Origin: Acidobacteriota bacterium | GTDB taxonomy: Bacteria; Acidobacteriota; Thermoanaerobaculia; Multivoradales; JAHZIX01 | DNA: 64,000 nt | Reading direction: 5' to 3' | Assembly: GCA_039191605.1 (NCBI GenBank) | Contig: JBCCXL010000003.1 | Coordinates: 257,543 to 321,542, forward strand | Shown here: in pieces, positions 11,526 to 20,814 of the stretch | How positions within the stretch are numbered: position 1 is the stretch's first letter | Layout: each line of letters starts with the position of its first letter | Program-made: the position numbers and the translations under genes | Notes under the pieces: model-generated | What the model was told of the DNA's origin: nothing | Database searches by the model: none | Seen by the model: only the letters and a program-made list of their open reading frames with translations

Positions 11526-12300
11526 GCATGACCTCGGAAAAGAAAGCGTTGGGAAGGGCAAGGTCGCGGTGGTCACCGGAGCCAGCGCTGGAATCGGCGC
11601 GGCGACGGTGGTGGCGCTGGCCCAGGCTGGCTACACAGTGTTTGGAGGAGCTCGACGCCGGGAGCCTCTGGAGAAGATTTGCGGCGCCGTCGGCGCCTTT
11701 GCCCACGTGCTGGACGTGGCGGACGCGGAGTCGGTAGCTCGCTTTGCAGCCTGGTTGGAAGAGAAGGCGGGAGCCCTGCATGTGCTGGTCAACAACGCCG
11801 GCTTTGCCGCTGGCGTCGATGCCGTCTCGCAGGCCGATGTCGATGCCTGGCGCAGCATGTACGAGACCAACGTGCTGGGCGTGGTTCGCCTGACGCAGGT
11901 GCTGCTGCCTCGCCTCGAGGCCAGCGGTGATGGCCACGTGATCAACGTCGGCTCCATCGCCGGCTTCGAGACCTATCCCGGCGGCGGCGGCTACACCGCC
12001 ACCAAGCACGCGCTGCGGGCGGCGACCCGGACCCTGCGCATCGAGCTGCTGGGGCGCCCGGTACGGGTCACGGAGATCTGTCCGGGGATGGTGGAGACGG
12101 AGTTTTCCGTCGTGCGCCTGGGAGATGAAGAGAAGGCGGATGCGGTGTACCAGGGAATGCAGCCGCTGGTGGCGCAGGACATCGCGGAGACGATCCGATG
12201 GTGCTCCACCCGCCCGTCCCACGTGAATATCGACGAGATCGTGGTTCGCCCGCGGGATCAGGCTACCGCTACCGCGGTGTACCGCCGCGAGCAGGACTGA
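11515..12300 (+). CDS. SDR family NAD(P)-dependent oxidoreductase
   Basis: TGASAGIG glycine-rich cofactor motif, NNAG, and the catalytic YTATK (YxxxK) are present. The start is moved to the MTTEHD methionine, which overlaps the upstream stop. Confidence 0.85.
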   Translation: MTTEHDLGKESVGKGKVAVVTGASAGIGAATVVALAQAGYTVFGGARRREPLEKICGAVGAFAHVLDVADAESVARFAAWLEEKAGALHVLVNNAGFAAGVDAVSQADVDAWRSMYETNVLGVVRLTQVLLPRLEASGDGHVINVGSIAGFETYPGGGGYTATKHALRAATRTLRIELLGRPVRVTEICPGMVETEFSVVRLGDEEKADAVYQGMQPLVAQDIAETIRWCSTRPSHVNIDEIVVRPRDQATATAVYRREQD

Positions 12301-12453
12301 GGGTAGAACTAGACAGCATCCTTAGAAACCTTCACTGGGAAGCATTACCGGGGGGTATGACGGGGAGCAGCGTGGGAGTTGTCTGACGATGCGTCTCGGC
12401 AGAGGCTGAGCGCCTCCCCTGCCTCTCCCGTCGCTGACCCGAGAGGAAACACC

Positions 12454-12684
12454 ATGGATATCGAAAAGCTCAAGCAGGTCTACGCCGCTCTGGATTCCCT
12501 CGACGATCGGATGAGCTACAAGGTGCGTCCCCGAACCGGTGGCGGCCTCAGCCGGCCGAGCGTCGAGCAGCTGGAGGAGAAGCACCGGCAGCTGGCGGAG
12601 TTCACCCTCGAGCTAAAGGACATTGTGAAGGCGCTCATCGTCGCCGTCGGCTCCCGCCCCAAGGCTCGTCCGGCCAAGCCCTGA
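12454..12684 (+). CDS. Hypothetical small protein (76 aa)
   Basis: ORF with the GAGAGGAAACACC ribosome-binding site before the ATG at 12454. It ends 14 nt before the downstream permease gene. No family recognised. Confidence 0.4.
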   Translation: MDIEKLKQVYAALDSLDDRMSYKVRPRTGGGLSRPSVEQLEEKHRQLAEFTLELKDIVKALIVAVGSRPKARPAKP

Positions 12685-12697
12685 GCGACTAACGCCC

Positions 12698-15202
12698 GTG
12701 GACCCCTGGCTGCAGGATGTGCGCACCGGATGGCGCTCCCTGTGGCGGCATCGGCGCATCAGCGTCGCTGCCGTGCTCTGCATCGCGCTCGGGGTGGGGG
12801 TCAACAGCGTCGCCTTCTCGACCATCGACGGCCTGCTCTTCAAGCCGCTGGATCTTCCCGCGGCTCACCGTCTGGTGACGGCCTACGTCTCTTGGCCCGG
12901 ATTCGAGCACGCCAGCTTTTCCTTCGCCAACTACCGAGACATAGAGCGCGACAACGAGGTCTTCGAGAGCTTCGCCGCGGCGCGCTTGGTCACCGCAAGC
13001 GTGGCTCCCAAGGCAGTCTCGTCAGGTCGAGGAGCATCCAACGCCGGGGTAACTGAGGGCGTAGCAGCTGAGGCCGGCGCCCAGCGGCTGATGGCGCAGC
13101 TGGTCACCGCCCACTATTTCGACGTCCTGGGGGTGGCTCCGGCGCGCGGGCGAGCTTTTCAGGGCGATAGCGACGAGCTGATCGGAAGCCCTGCGGAGGT
13201 GATTCTGGGGCACGATTTTTGGCGCCGGAGATTCTCGGTAGAGGAAGAGGTCCTCGGCGAGACCCTGCGCATCAACGGGCGTCCCTTTCGCATCATCGGC
13301 ATCATGCCGCGAGGGTTTCACGGCACCTATCGCCTGGTGCGGCCGGACGTCTACCTACCGGTCACCATGGCGCAGCTGCTGGTGCCGAAGGCCAATCTCG
13401 AGAATCGCGGCAATGGCTGGCTGCTCTCCGTGGGGCGTTTGAGTCAGGGGGTGAGCATCGATCAGGCGCGCGCGAGTCTGAACCGCCTGGCGGAGGGGAT
13501 GGAGCAGCAGCACCCTCGACTGCTGGACGGTTGGGGGCTGACCCTGGTCTCCGGGGGTGAGCAGGATCTCCCTCCCCCATTGCGCTCCCGGTTGGCCTCC
13601 GCGTCTCGATGGATCCTGGCCCTCGCTGCCCTCGTCCTGCTGGTGGCCTGCGCCAACGTTGCCTCTCTGCTCCTCGCTAGAGATGAGGGGCGACGCCGGG
13701 AGTTGGCGATTCGCCGCGCCCTCGGGGCAGGCTTTGGGCGCTTGTCGAGGCAGCTAGTGACGGAGAGCGGGCTCCTGGCGCTCCTCGGCAGCACCGCCGC
13801 CTTGTCCCTTGCCTGGGTCTGTAGCCGGTGGCTGCCGGCAGCGCTGCCGGATCATCTGCCGGTGCGGATGGAACCTGCCCTGGCTCCCGATGGTCGGGTT
13901 CTGGCCTATGCCTTGGTTCTTTGTCTGGTGACCGCGGTGGTCTGTGCTCTGGCCCCGGCGCTACGGGGGGCGAGGGGGGAGATCTACTCGGCCCTGGGGT
14001 CGAGAGGGCGAGCTAGCGGTCGGCGAAGGTGGGGCTTGGGAAGCTTTCACTCCACTCTGGTGATCGCTCAGCTCGCTCTCTCGCTGGTGCTGTTGGCGAG
14101 CGCCGGTCTCTTTGTGCGCTCCCTGCAGCAGGCGCAGAGGATCGACCCCGGGTTTCGTTCCGAAGGGGTTCTACTGGCGGCCATCGACCCTTCTCTAGTG
14201 GGGTACGACGAGCCTCGTGGGCGCGAGCTCTACGATCGCCTTCTGCAGCGAGTGGCGAGCCTGCCGGGGGTGGAGTCGGCGGCCCTCGGTGAGGTGGTGC
14301 CGTTAGGGGTTGGCGGGGGGCAGCAGCGAGGGATCTTGGTGGAGGGGTACGAGGCGGCGCCGGATGAGCGCATGAACCCCGACTTCAACGTGGTTGGCAG
14401 CGGCTACTTCGAGTTGATGGAGATGGCTCTTGTGGCGGGGCGGACCTTCGATTCCACCGAGACGCCCGGATCTTTGCCGACGGTGGTGGTGAACCGCACC
14501 ATGGCAGAGCGCTATTGGCCCCCAGGGGAGGCGGTGGGAGGGCGGTTGAGCTACGGTGGCCCCTGGGCTCGAGTGGTGGGGGTGGTGGAGGACATTCAAT
14601 ACCAGAGCCTCGGAGAGGCTCCCCGGCCCTACCTTTATCTGCCTTGGGAGCAGGTTTGGGAGGCCTCCATGGAGCTCCATGTGCGCAGCCAGAGTCCGGC
14701 GGATCAGCTGGTGCCGCTGTTGCGCCGGGAGGTGGCGACCCTGGACCCGGCGCTGCCGGTGTTTTCGGTGCGTACCCTGCGGGAACACACCGCTTCTGCC
14801 CTCTACTTGCCTCGCCTCGGGGCCGGCTTTGTCGGTGCTTTCGGCCTGCTGGCGCTGGGGCTAGCGGTGGTGGGGCTAGCGGGGGTGATGGCCTACGGAG
14901 TGCGGCGGGCGCGCTCGGAGATGGGCATCCGAATCGCCCTGGGGGCTGATCCGCGGAGAATCTTCTGGCAGGTGCTGCGGCAGGGCCTGAGCGTGGTCTC
15001 GGTGGGCGTCGCCCTCGGCCTGCTGACGGCGGTAGGCGTCGGCCAGCTGCTGGCGGGCTTTCTCTACGGTACCTCCCACGCCGATCCGGTCACCCTAGGG
15101 CTGGCGGCGGGCTGTTTGGTGCTCGTCGCCGCGGTGGCGGTTTCGGTGCCTGCGCGCCGCGCGATGAAGGTGGATCCGGTGTCGGTGCTGCGGGAGGAGT
15201 AG
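12698..15202 (+). CDS. Duplicated FtsX-domain ABC permease (MacB-like; ADOP 'acidobacterial duplicated orphan permease' type)
   Basis: 834 aa with a GTG start. N-terminus ...WRSLWRHRRISVAAVLCIALGVGVNSVAFSTIDGLLFKPLDLP... There are two FtsX-like 4-TM modules, each preceded by a large extracytoplasmic domain. No adjacent ATPase gene. Confidence 0.8.
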   Translation: MDPWLQDVRTGWRSLWRHRRISVAAVLCIALGVGVNSVAFSTIDGLLFKPLDLPAAHRLVTAYVSWPGFEHASFSFANYRDIERDNEVFESFAAARLVTASVAPKAVSSGRGASNAGVTEGVAAEAGAQRLMAQLVTAHYFDVLGVAPARGRAFQGDSDELIGSPAEVILGHDFWRRRFSVEEEVLGETLRINGRPFRIIGIMPRGFHGTYRLVRPDVYLPVTMAQLLVPKANLENRGNGWLLSVGRLSQGVSIDQARASLNRLAEGMEQQHPRLLDGWGLTLVSGGEQDLPPPLRSRLASASRWILALAALVLLVACANVASLLLARDEGRRRELAIRRALGAGFGRLSRQLVTESGLLALLGSTAALSLAWVCSRWLPAALPDHLPVRMEPALAPDGRVLAYALVLCLVTAVVCALAPALRGARGEIYSALGSRGRASGRRRWGLGSFHSTLVIAQLALSLVLLASAGLFVRSLQQAQRIDPGFRSEGVLLAAIDPSLVGYDEPRGRELYDRLLQRVASLPGVESAALGEVVPLGVGGGQQRGILVEGYEAAPDERMNPDFNVVGSGYFELMEMALVAGRTFDSTETPGSLPTVVVNRTMAERYWPPGEAVGGRLSYGGPWARVVGVVEDIQYQSLGEAPRPYLYLPWEQVWEASMELHVRSQSPADQLVPLLRREVATLDPALPVFSVRTLREHTASALYLPRLGAGFVGAFGLLALGLAVVGLAGVMAYGVRRARSEMGIRIALGADPRRIFWQVLRQGLSVVSVGVALGLLTAVGVGQLLAGFLYGTSHADPVTLGLAAGCLVLVAAVAVSVPARRAMKVDPVSVLREE

Positions 15203-15282
15203 AGCGGTTTTCGCCGCGGCTTCGCCGTTGCCCTTGCCGCCTGTAATTCCCTTGTGCGCTCCGCGTACGGTCCGCTGGTGCG

Positions 15283-18200
15283 CTAACCGCGCATCAAGCG
15301 CAGCGGCATCTCCGGGAAGGTGAGGCGCTGGTCCGTAGCGGCGTCGAGGATCTCGGCGTTCTCCGGTACCTGAAAGAGGAAGACGTTGCGCAGGGCCGGG
15401 TCCAGGAAGCCGGCTTTGCGCATCAGCTCTCGATAGGCCAGGCGGAGAAAGCGGATCGAGCCGGTGCCGGGAATGCCGTAGCGGTGAACCCACTCCAGGC
15501 CGCGATAGAGGCGAAGATCCAGAAGCTCCTGGCGCTCCGCCGGGTCGAGGGTCTCCCGGCGCTGTTCCAGCAGGTGGCAGAGCTCCGGGATGCGGGCGGC
15601 GTCCTGGGTGTTGAGGGCGAGCTCCAGCTCGTAGGACAGGTCCACCAATCCAGAGCTGGAGTTGTTGTGGCGCTGGTGAATCTCTCGCGCGTTGCGCAGA
15701 TGCTCGGCGGCTTCCAGAGCGTTGCGCTGCCGCAGATGGATTCTCCCGATCAGCTGCTCCGCGTCGCCGAGGGTCTCGGATTCGGGCATCATCTGCAGCG
15801 TGAAGTGGGCCCGCCGGGCCGTGGTCATCGCCTCGTTGGTGCGCCCGAGAAGCAGCCAGTTGGCGGCGAGATTGAGCTCGGCGATGGCCGCCCCCACCGT
15901 GTCGCCGATCTCCTCCCGCAGCTTGAGGGATCGCTTCAGGTGAGCCTGGGCTCCGACCCCATCTCCGAGGCGGTGGAGGACCCGGCCAATGCCGAGGAGA
16001 GCGAAGCTCACTTCCCCGGGATCCCCGTGGTCTTCGAGGAATTCCTTGGCCTTTTTGTAGAAGCCCAGGGACTTGGCGTAGTTCCCTCGCGCCAGAGAGG
16101 TGGCTCCGAGGGCGGAGAGGGAGGCTCCGAGAGCCTTCAGGTTGCCTACCCGGTGGCGTAATTCGAAGGCCTTGCGGTGATGTTCCATCGCCTCCTTGAG
16201 CCGGCGCTGGCGCAGCGCGATATTGCCGAGGTAATACCAGCAGGAAGCTACCTGGGTGCGGGATCCACGGGATTCCAGCAGCGGCAGCAGCTGCTCGAGA
16301 AGAGACCTCGCTTCGTCGTAGCGCTCGCGGCGAATCAGGATCTTGACCAGCTGCAGCAGCAACAGGGCCTGGCGGCCGGGGTCTTCCTCCACCACCAGCT
16401 CCAGGGCCTGGCGCAGCACTCGCTCGCTGTCTTCTAGTCGCCCCTTGGCGAGATCGACCTCGCTGCGCAGGCCGGCGAAGGCGAGGTACTTTCGAGGCTC
16501 TCCGTCCGCTAGCTCCAGGGCGCGATCGATCTCCGCCTCGAAGGCCTCGAGGCGGCCCAGGCGTCGCGCCAGCGGGAGCAGGATCCACAGCAGCTGGAGC
16601 TCGATTTCGGCGTTTCCTTCTCGCCTTTGATGCCCGCTGAGCTCTTCCGCCAGGGCATCGAGGATCTCGTCCGGCTCCAGCCCCTGGGGGTGCGATTGAG
16701 CCAGTTCGAGGATCGGAGGCACCGCCGCGGCGCTGCCGGAGAGCAGCTGATACGCGTGCCAGCGGGCCAGGGGAGCATCGCTGGCGTGGGCGAGGATCTC
16801 TCCCGCGGCTTGGCGTACCAGCCCCTCTTCGTCGATCATCGTCTCCCGCAGCCCGACCTCGAAGGCGTCGGAGGTGAAGCGAACGCCGATCCCCCAGGGG
16901 GTGCTCTCCTGGGTAAGCCAGCCGGCGTGCACCAGCCTCACTTCCCAATCCGTCGACAGCTGGGCGCCGAGGAGCTCCGCCGCCGCCGAGATCTCCCGGG
17001 CAGGCATGGCAAGGCTGGCGGTAGCGAGCAGCTGAAGCCCCTGGCCGCCGCCGAGGGCGAGGTTCTCCGCCTCCAGGTGCTGGACGAAGCGGCTGGAGGG
17101 CAGATAGGGCTCCTGTCCGCTGCCGTTGAAGAAGAAGCTGCCGTAGATGCGCCGCAGCACGTTGCGGTGAATCAGCTTGATCAAACCCTCTTCGAAGGCG
17201 AAGGGAATACCGTCGCTGGCCTGGAGGAAGCGCTCCTTCACCTCTTCGGGCATCGATAGGCCGGAGGTCAGGCCGTCCGCCAAGACTTCCATCTCGCGCC
17301 GCGCCATGGCCGGAATCGAGACTTCGGGGCTGGTATTGGCGATCGGCGACCAGCGCGCGCCGCGGCGCCCCAGAAGCACGAAGAGGGTGAGATCTTCGAG
17401 GACCGGTTCGGCGATGAGCCGGTCGATGGTGGCGATATCGCTGGGGTGGGAGTTGGGGACATCGTCGAGAATCAGGCGCACCGGCTCGCCCAGCCTGCGG
17501 GCGGTGCTGCGCAGGGTCTCCGTCAGAACTTCGTGAACGATGGCCGGATCGGGCTCCTCGCCGTGATCCACCAGCCAGTCGGCGTAGGGCTCCAGGCCCA
17601 TGCTGGCGAGGGCCTGCTGGGGGTCTTGATCGAGGAGGTCTCCGGCATGGTTTCTCACCAAGGCCTCAAGGATCCTCGCCGCGACTCCAGAGCGCTGGGA
17701 CCGCAGTGGCGGAACCGTGACCCATACCGGGGTCGCGGTGCGCATCAGGCTGTGGTCCGCTCTCTTCTTGCGTCTTTGGGCCGGGTCGCAGCCGAAGGTC
17801 TGCCAGGCGATGCGGGTCTTGCCGCTGCCCAGAGGGCCCACCAGGCGCAGAACCCGAGCGCCGCTGCGGCCGAGGATCGCCTGCTCAATGGTGGGGCGGG
17901 GGACGTATTCGGGTCTCAGCCCCAGCAGCTCCGGATTGCGCCAGGGCTCCAGGGCCCGCTCTCGGCCATCGAGACGATAGAGGTTGGCCCGGCTCCCGCT
18001 TTGGCCACGGAATTCCTGCTGCGGCGCGGTGGGCCAACGCTTCGCCAATCGACTCGCGGCGTAGCCGGTGAGATAGACCTCGTCCATCGGCACCCGAGGT
18101 GCGTAGCTCAGCAGGTCGTCGAGGAGCGCTTCCGGCACCAGCTCGCAGCGCCCCTGGCGCAGGTGCACCGAGCCGGGGAGCAGCAGAAAGGCACTGGCGG

Positions 18201-18489
18201 CGCCCTGCGCGCCGCGGGCGCTACGACAGCGTCGCAGCAGCTGCAGAGCGCAGCCGGTGGCGGAATCCGCCTCGCCGGCATCTCCCGGGATCGGCAGGAA
18301 GGCATATAGCCTGCCTCCGGAAGCGCTGCGCACGTCGGTGAGGGCCTCGACGCCGGGAAGCTCGTCGAGGTGTTGTTCGGCGAGCTGGAGCTCGTCGTCC
18401 TGGCCCTCGATGGACCAATGATAGAGAAGGACAACGGGCAGGACTCGAGGCAGAGTCTTGGGGCGAGTCGCGTCGGCTTCAATCGACAT
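15283..18489 (-). CDS. Large signal-transduction NTPase: degenerate cyclase-homology-like N-domain, P-loop NTPase (GPLGSGKT), C-terminal TPR repeats
   Basis: 1068 aa. Walker A is LVGPLGSGKTRIAW at about aa 215. The C-terminal half has many ~34-aa helical repeats (…YYLGNIALRQRRLKEAMEHHRKAFEL… …ALLGIGRVLHRLGDGVGAQAHLKRSLKL…). The N-terminal ~190 aa loosely resemble class III nucleotidyl-cyclase folds but lack clear catalytic residues. AGGAG lies upstream of the ATG at 18489. Confidence 0.7.
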   Translation of the reverse strand: MSIEADATRPKTLPRVLPVVLLYHWSIEGQDDELQLAEQHLDELPGVEALTDVRSASGGRLYAFLPIPGDAGEADSATGCALQLLRRCRSARGAQGAASAFLLLPGSVHLRQGRCELVPEALLDDLLSYAPRVPMDEVYLTGYAASRLAKRWPTAPQQEFRGQSGSRANLYRLDGRERALEPWRNPELLGLRPEYVPRPTIEQAILGRSGARVLRLVGPLGSGKTRIAWQTFGCDPAQRRKKRADHSLMRTATPVWVTVPPLRSQRSGVAARILEALVRNHAGDLLDQDPQQALASMGLEPYADWLVDHGEEPDPAIVHEVLTETLRSTARRLGEPVRLILDDVPNSHPSDIATIDRLIAEPVLEDLTLFVLLGRRGARWSPIANTSPEVSIPAMARREMEVLADGLTSGLSMPEEVKERFLQASDGIPFAFEEGLIKLIHRNVLRRIYGSFFFNGSGQEPYLPSSRFVQHLEAENLALGGGQGLQLLATASLAMPAREISAAAELLGAQLSTDWEVRLVHAGWLTQESTPWGIGVRFTSDAFEVGLRETMIDEEGLVRQAAGEILAHASDAPLARWHAYQLLSGSAAAVPPILELAQSHPQGLEPDEILDALAEELSGHQRREGNAEIELQLLWILLPLARRLGRLEAFEAEIDRALELADGEPRKYLAFAGLRSEVDLAKGRLEDSERVLRQALELVVEEDPGRQALLLLQLVKILIRRERYDEARSLLEQLLPLLESRGSRTQVASCWYYLGNIALRQRRLKEAMEHHRKAFELRHRVGNLKALGASLSALGATSLARGNYAKSLGFYKKAKEFLEDHGDPGEVSFALLGIGRVLHRLGDGVGAQAHLKRSLKLREEIGDTVGAAIAELNLAANWLLLGRTNEAMTTARRAHFTLQMMPESETLGDAEQLIGRIHLRQRNALEAAEHLRNAREIHQRHNNSSSGLVDLSYELELALNTQDAARIPELCHLLEQRRETLDPAERQELLDLRLYRGLEWVHRYGIPGTGSIRFLRLAYRELMRKAGFLDPALRNVFLFQVPENAEILDAATDQRLTFPEMPLRLMRG

Positions 18490-18769
18490 GGGGGGCTCCT
18501 ATGAAGCCGCTCTCGCAAGACATCATGAGATTCCGGCGCGATAAAAAAGACCGGAAGGGGGTTCAACTCCCAGGGAATCGGAACGAGATAGGAAATGGAA
18601 AAGAGCTGAGGAGAGAAGAACGCAAATCGGAGCTAAGCGGGAGGATCCGTGGGGCGTTGGACCCAGGCCCGAAGAAATCGAGAGCTGCCTTCAGGATATC
18701 TCGAAGCGCGATCCCGCGCGAGGGGGTCCAGGGTGCCTTGAACTAGCCATTTTGGGCTCATCGGCGACA

Positions 18770-18825
18770 TTTGGAGTGATAATGAATTGTGTATTTAAAT
18801 TATTAAAGCAATTTTTTCTATTAAG
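18770..18825. other. AT-rich island in a GC-rich context (…gataatgaattgtgtatttaaattattaaagcaattttttctattaag…)
   Basis: Read directly. It lies immediately 3' of the PqqB-like gene stop and inside the ~340-bp lower-GC region upstream of the NTPase gene. Confidence 0.6.
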
Positions 18826-19950
18826 TTACAGTGGAATGCGCTGACCTTCCTGGGCCACCGTAAAGCCCTTGGCGGCGAGGTTGCGGTAGAGCTCGCTGCT
18901 GCTGTCGTGAAGAGGGTTGGAGTGATTCAGGTGAATGAAGAAAACCTGGAGCCGGCCCTCGCTGACCGCCCCGGCGAAGCGGCGAGCGCTATCGGTGGCG
19001 AAGGGGTGGGGAACGGCGCTGAGATCGCGTCCGGGAAGCTCGTCGGGGCTGCCGAAGGTAGCGTCTACCAGGGCGACATCCACCTCGTCGAGGATCTCCT
19101 CCACCGGCGGGTCCCAGCGCTCCCAGGAATCTGTGTCGGGAACGTAGAAAACCCTCTGCTGCGGGCCCGAGAAGCGAAAGCCGACGGTGTCGGAGAGCTC
19201 GTCGCGATGGGGTACAGAGATCGCCTCGACCCGCACGCTACCGGCGGCAGTGGTCGTAGCTATTGGCTCCGAGTCGGTATCGGCGGCGGCATTTCCATGA
19301 TCTATTCCCTCCCCCAGCACCACGCTCTCCCCCGGCGCCAGCGGCCGCAGATCGAGCACTCGATCCTCCACCAGCGTGCGCCAAGGCTCGTTGGCGCGCA
19401 GAAAAGCCGCCATGGCGGGAGTGCACCATACCGGGAGATCGCGACTCGCCAGGGTCTCTTTGCCGAAGTAGGCCAAGCCCAGGTAGTGGCCGATATGGGC
19501 GTGGGTGAGAAAGACTCCGTCCACCGGCTGGCGATCGACGCCGCCTTCCCGCGGGCCGTCGATCGCCGCCGCCAGGGCTTCCAGCTGCCGACCCAGATCG
19601 GGGGTGGCGTCTACCAAATAGCGCAGCGGGCGACCTTCGGCCCTCGGTACGACCACCGCCAAGGAGGCCACCGAGCGGCGGTATTGTGGGTCCTCGATGG
19701 CGCGGCGGCAGTTGGCCCGGGTGCATCCGGGGTGAGGAAGTCCGCCGTCCTGCGCATTGCCCAACACCAGCAGGAAGGGAGCCGGCGGGCTCTCGCTCTG
19801 GGCCGACAGTGGAACGGCCAGGGGCGAGGCTAGGGTCGTAGCGAAGGCTGTGCCTAAGAAGAACAGCGCCAAGAAGCAGGGGCCCATAGAGTGCCGGGGG
19901 AAAGCGAGCAGCGCGCGAAGGGGGCGGGAGATGGCGATCAAAGCAGTCAT
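18826..19950 (-). CDS. PqqB-family metallo-beta-lactamase-fold protein with predicted N-terminal signal peptide
   Basis: ...LLVLGNAQDGGLPHPGCTRANCRRAIEDPQYRRSVASLAVVV...YLVDATPDLGRQL... parallels the PqqB N-terminus ([20 protein letters not shown]...RTQSSIIV...NASPDISQQ). The C-terminus ...VFYVPDTDSWER...IHLNHSNPL... parallels PqqB ...LFYAPGLGEPDE...IHINNTNPIL.... A hydrophobic leader MGPCFLALFFLGTAFATTLASPLAVPLSAQS is present. The start is chosen at MTALIAIS (19950); the ORF track extends to 20121. Confidence 0.65.
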   Translation of the reverse strand: MTALIAISRPLRALLAFPRHSMGPCFLALFFLGTAFATTLASPLAVPLSAQSESPPAPFLLVLGNAQDGGLPHPGCTRANCRRAIEDPQYRRSVASLAVVVPRAEGRPLRYLVDATPDLGRQLEALAAAIDGPREGGVDRQPVDGVFLTHAHIGHYLGLAYFGKETLASRDLPVWCTPAMAAFLRANEPWRTLVEDRVLDLRPLAPGESVVLGEGIDHGNAAADTDSEPIATTTAAGSVRVEAISVPHRDELSDTVGFRFSGPQQRVFYVPDTDSWERWDPPVEEILDEVDVALVDATFGSPDELPGRDLSAVPHPFATDSARRFAGAVSEGRLQVFFIHLNHSNPLHDSSSELYRNLAAKGFTVAQEGQRIPL

Positions 19951-20193
19951 GGGGTCTCCGGCGGTAGCCGCCTCAACGGGTCGCGGCGTTACGAGAGCAC
20001 GAAGGAATCTAGATCCGGTGGGAACTCGAGAAGAAGCGTCTTCAGCAATGATATATTCACGGTTTGGGGCAGAGCCGCTGTGCCTGTATCGCCTTTCTGG
20101 CCGACCGCCCCGATTCACCACCTAGATCGATCGCTCTGCGCTCCATCTGTCTCAGGGAGCCTTTTCCCCGCCCGCACTCAGGAGGACACTCCG

Positions 20194-20742
20194 ATGAGCC
20201 CCCGACGGCTACATAACCGACTGTACTATTTCACCGTGGAGGACGAAGGCATTCTCGCCGAAGCCTTCGCCCGCATGGATCCTGACGTCTACGCCATCAC
20301 CTACAAGGTCACCGGTACGGACGATGTCTTCGTCACCACCACCGAGACTCGCGACGCGATGGATCGCGCGGATATCGCCTACAACCTGCTGGCGGAGGAA
20401 GACGGAACCCGGATCTCTCTCTACCACTCTCCCCTCTCCCTGGAGGAGTTGTCGGATTTCGATGACGCCATCAAGGCTCTCGGATTGGCCTATCGCGCCA
20501 TCGGCATGGCCTGCGTTGGGGTCAACGGCGAAGGTAATCTCGGCTTCGATCTATCCCAGGGCACCAAGAAGTACACCTACTTCACCGCCCCCGCTGGACA
20601 CACCTTCATCTGGCGGCTCTTCCATGAGAAGAACGAGGCGCGAACCTTTCTCGAGCAGCTCACCACCGGCGACCAAGAAGCCATGGAATGGGTGGAGGCG
20701 CTGCCGATGGAGAGCTCCGATCAGCTGGTCTCTTACCACTGA
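20194..20742 (+). CDS. Hypothetical protein (~183 aa)
   Basis: ORF with AGGAGGACACTCCG before the ATG at 20194 (MSPRRLHNRLYYFTVEDEG...). No family recognised. Confidence 0.45.
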   Translation: MSPRRLHNRLYYFTVEDEGILAEAFARMDPDVYAITYKVTGTDDVFVTTTETRDAMDRADIAYNLLAEEDGTRISLYHSPLSLEELSDFDDAIKALGLAYRAIGMACVGVNGEGNLGFDLSQGTKKYTYFTAPAGHTFIWRLFHEKNEARTFLEQLTTGDQEAMEWVEALPMESSDQLVSYH

Positions 20743-20814
20743 TCCCCGCACCGATCCCTGGAGAGGGAGGGGAGCCGGAACAAGAGTGAGCAGAGAGTTT
20801 GGTGAGTTGAGGGC

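Noticed and set aside
15095-16948. 617-aa minus-strand ORF rich in Arg/Pro/Gly
   Set aside because: It is an alternative frame that overlaps the STAND NTPase gene and the 3' end of the ADOP gene. Its composition (RPGA-rich) is the GC-frame artefact signature.
18501-18746. 81-aa basic ORF in the low-GC intergenic region
   Set aside because: There is no ribosome-binding site. Its Lys/Arg-rich low-complexity composition mirrors the purine-rich DNA. It is more likely non-coding regulatory DNA, and it is flagged as such in the findings.
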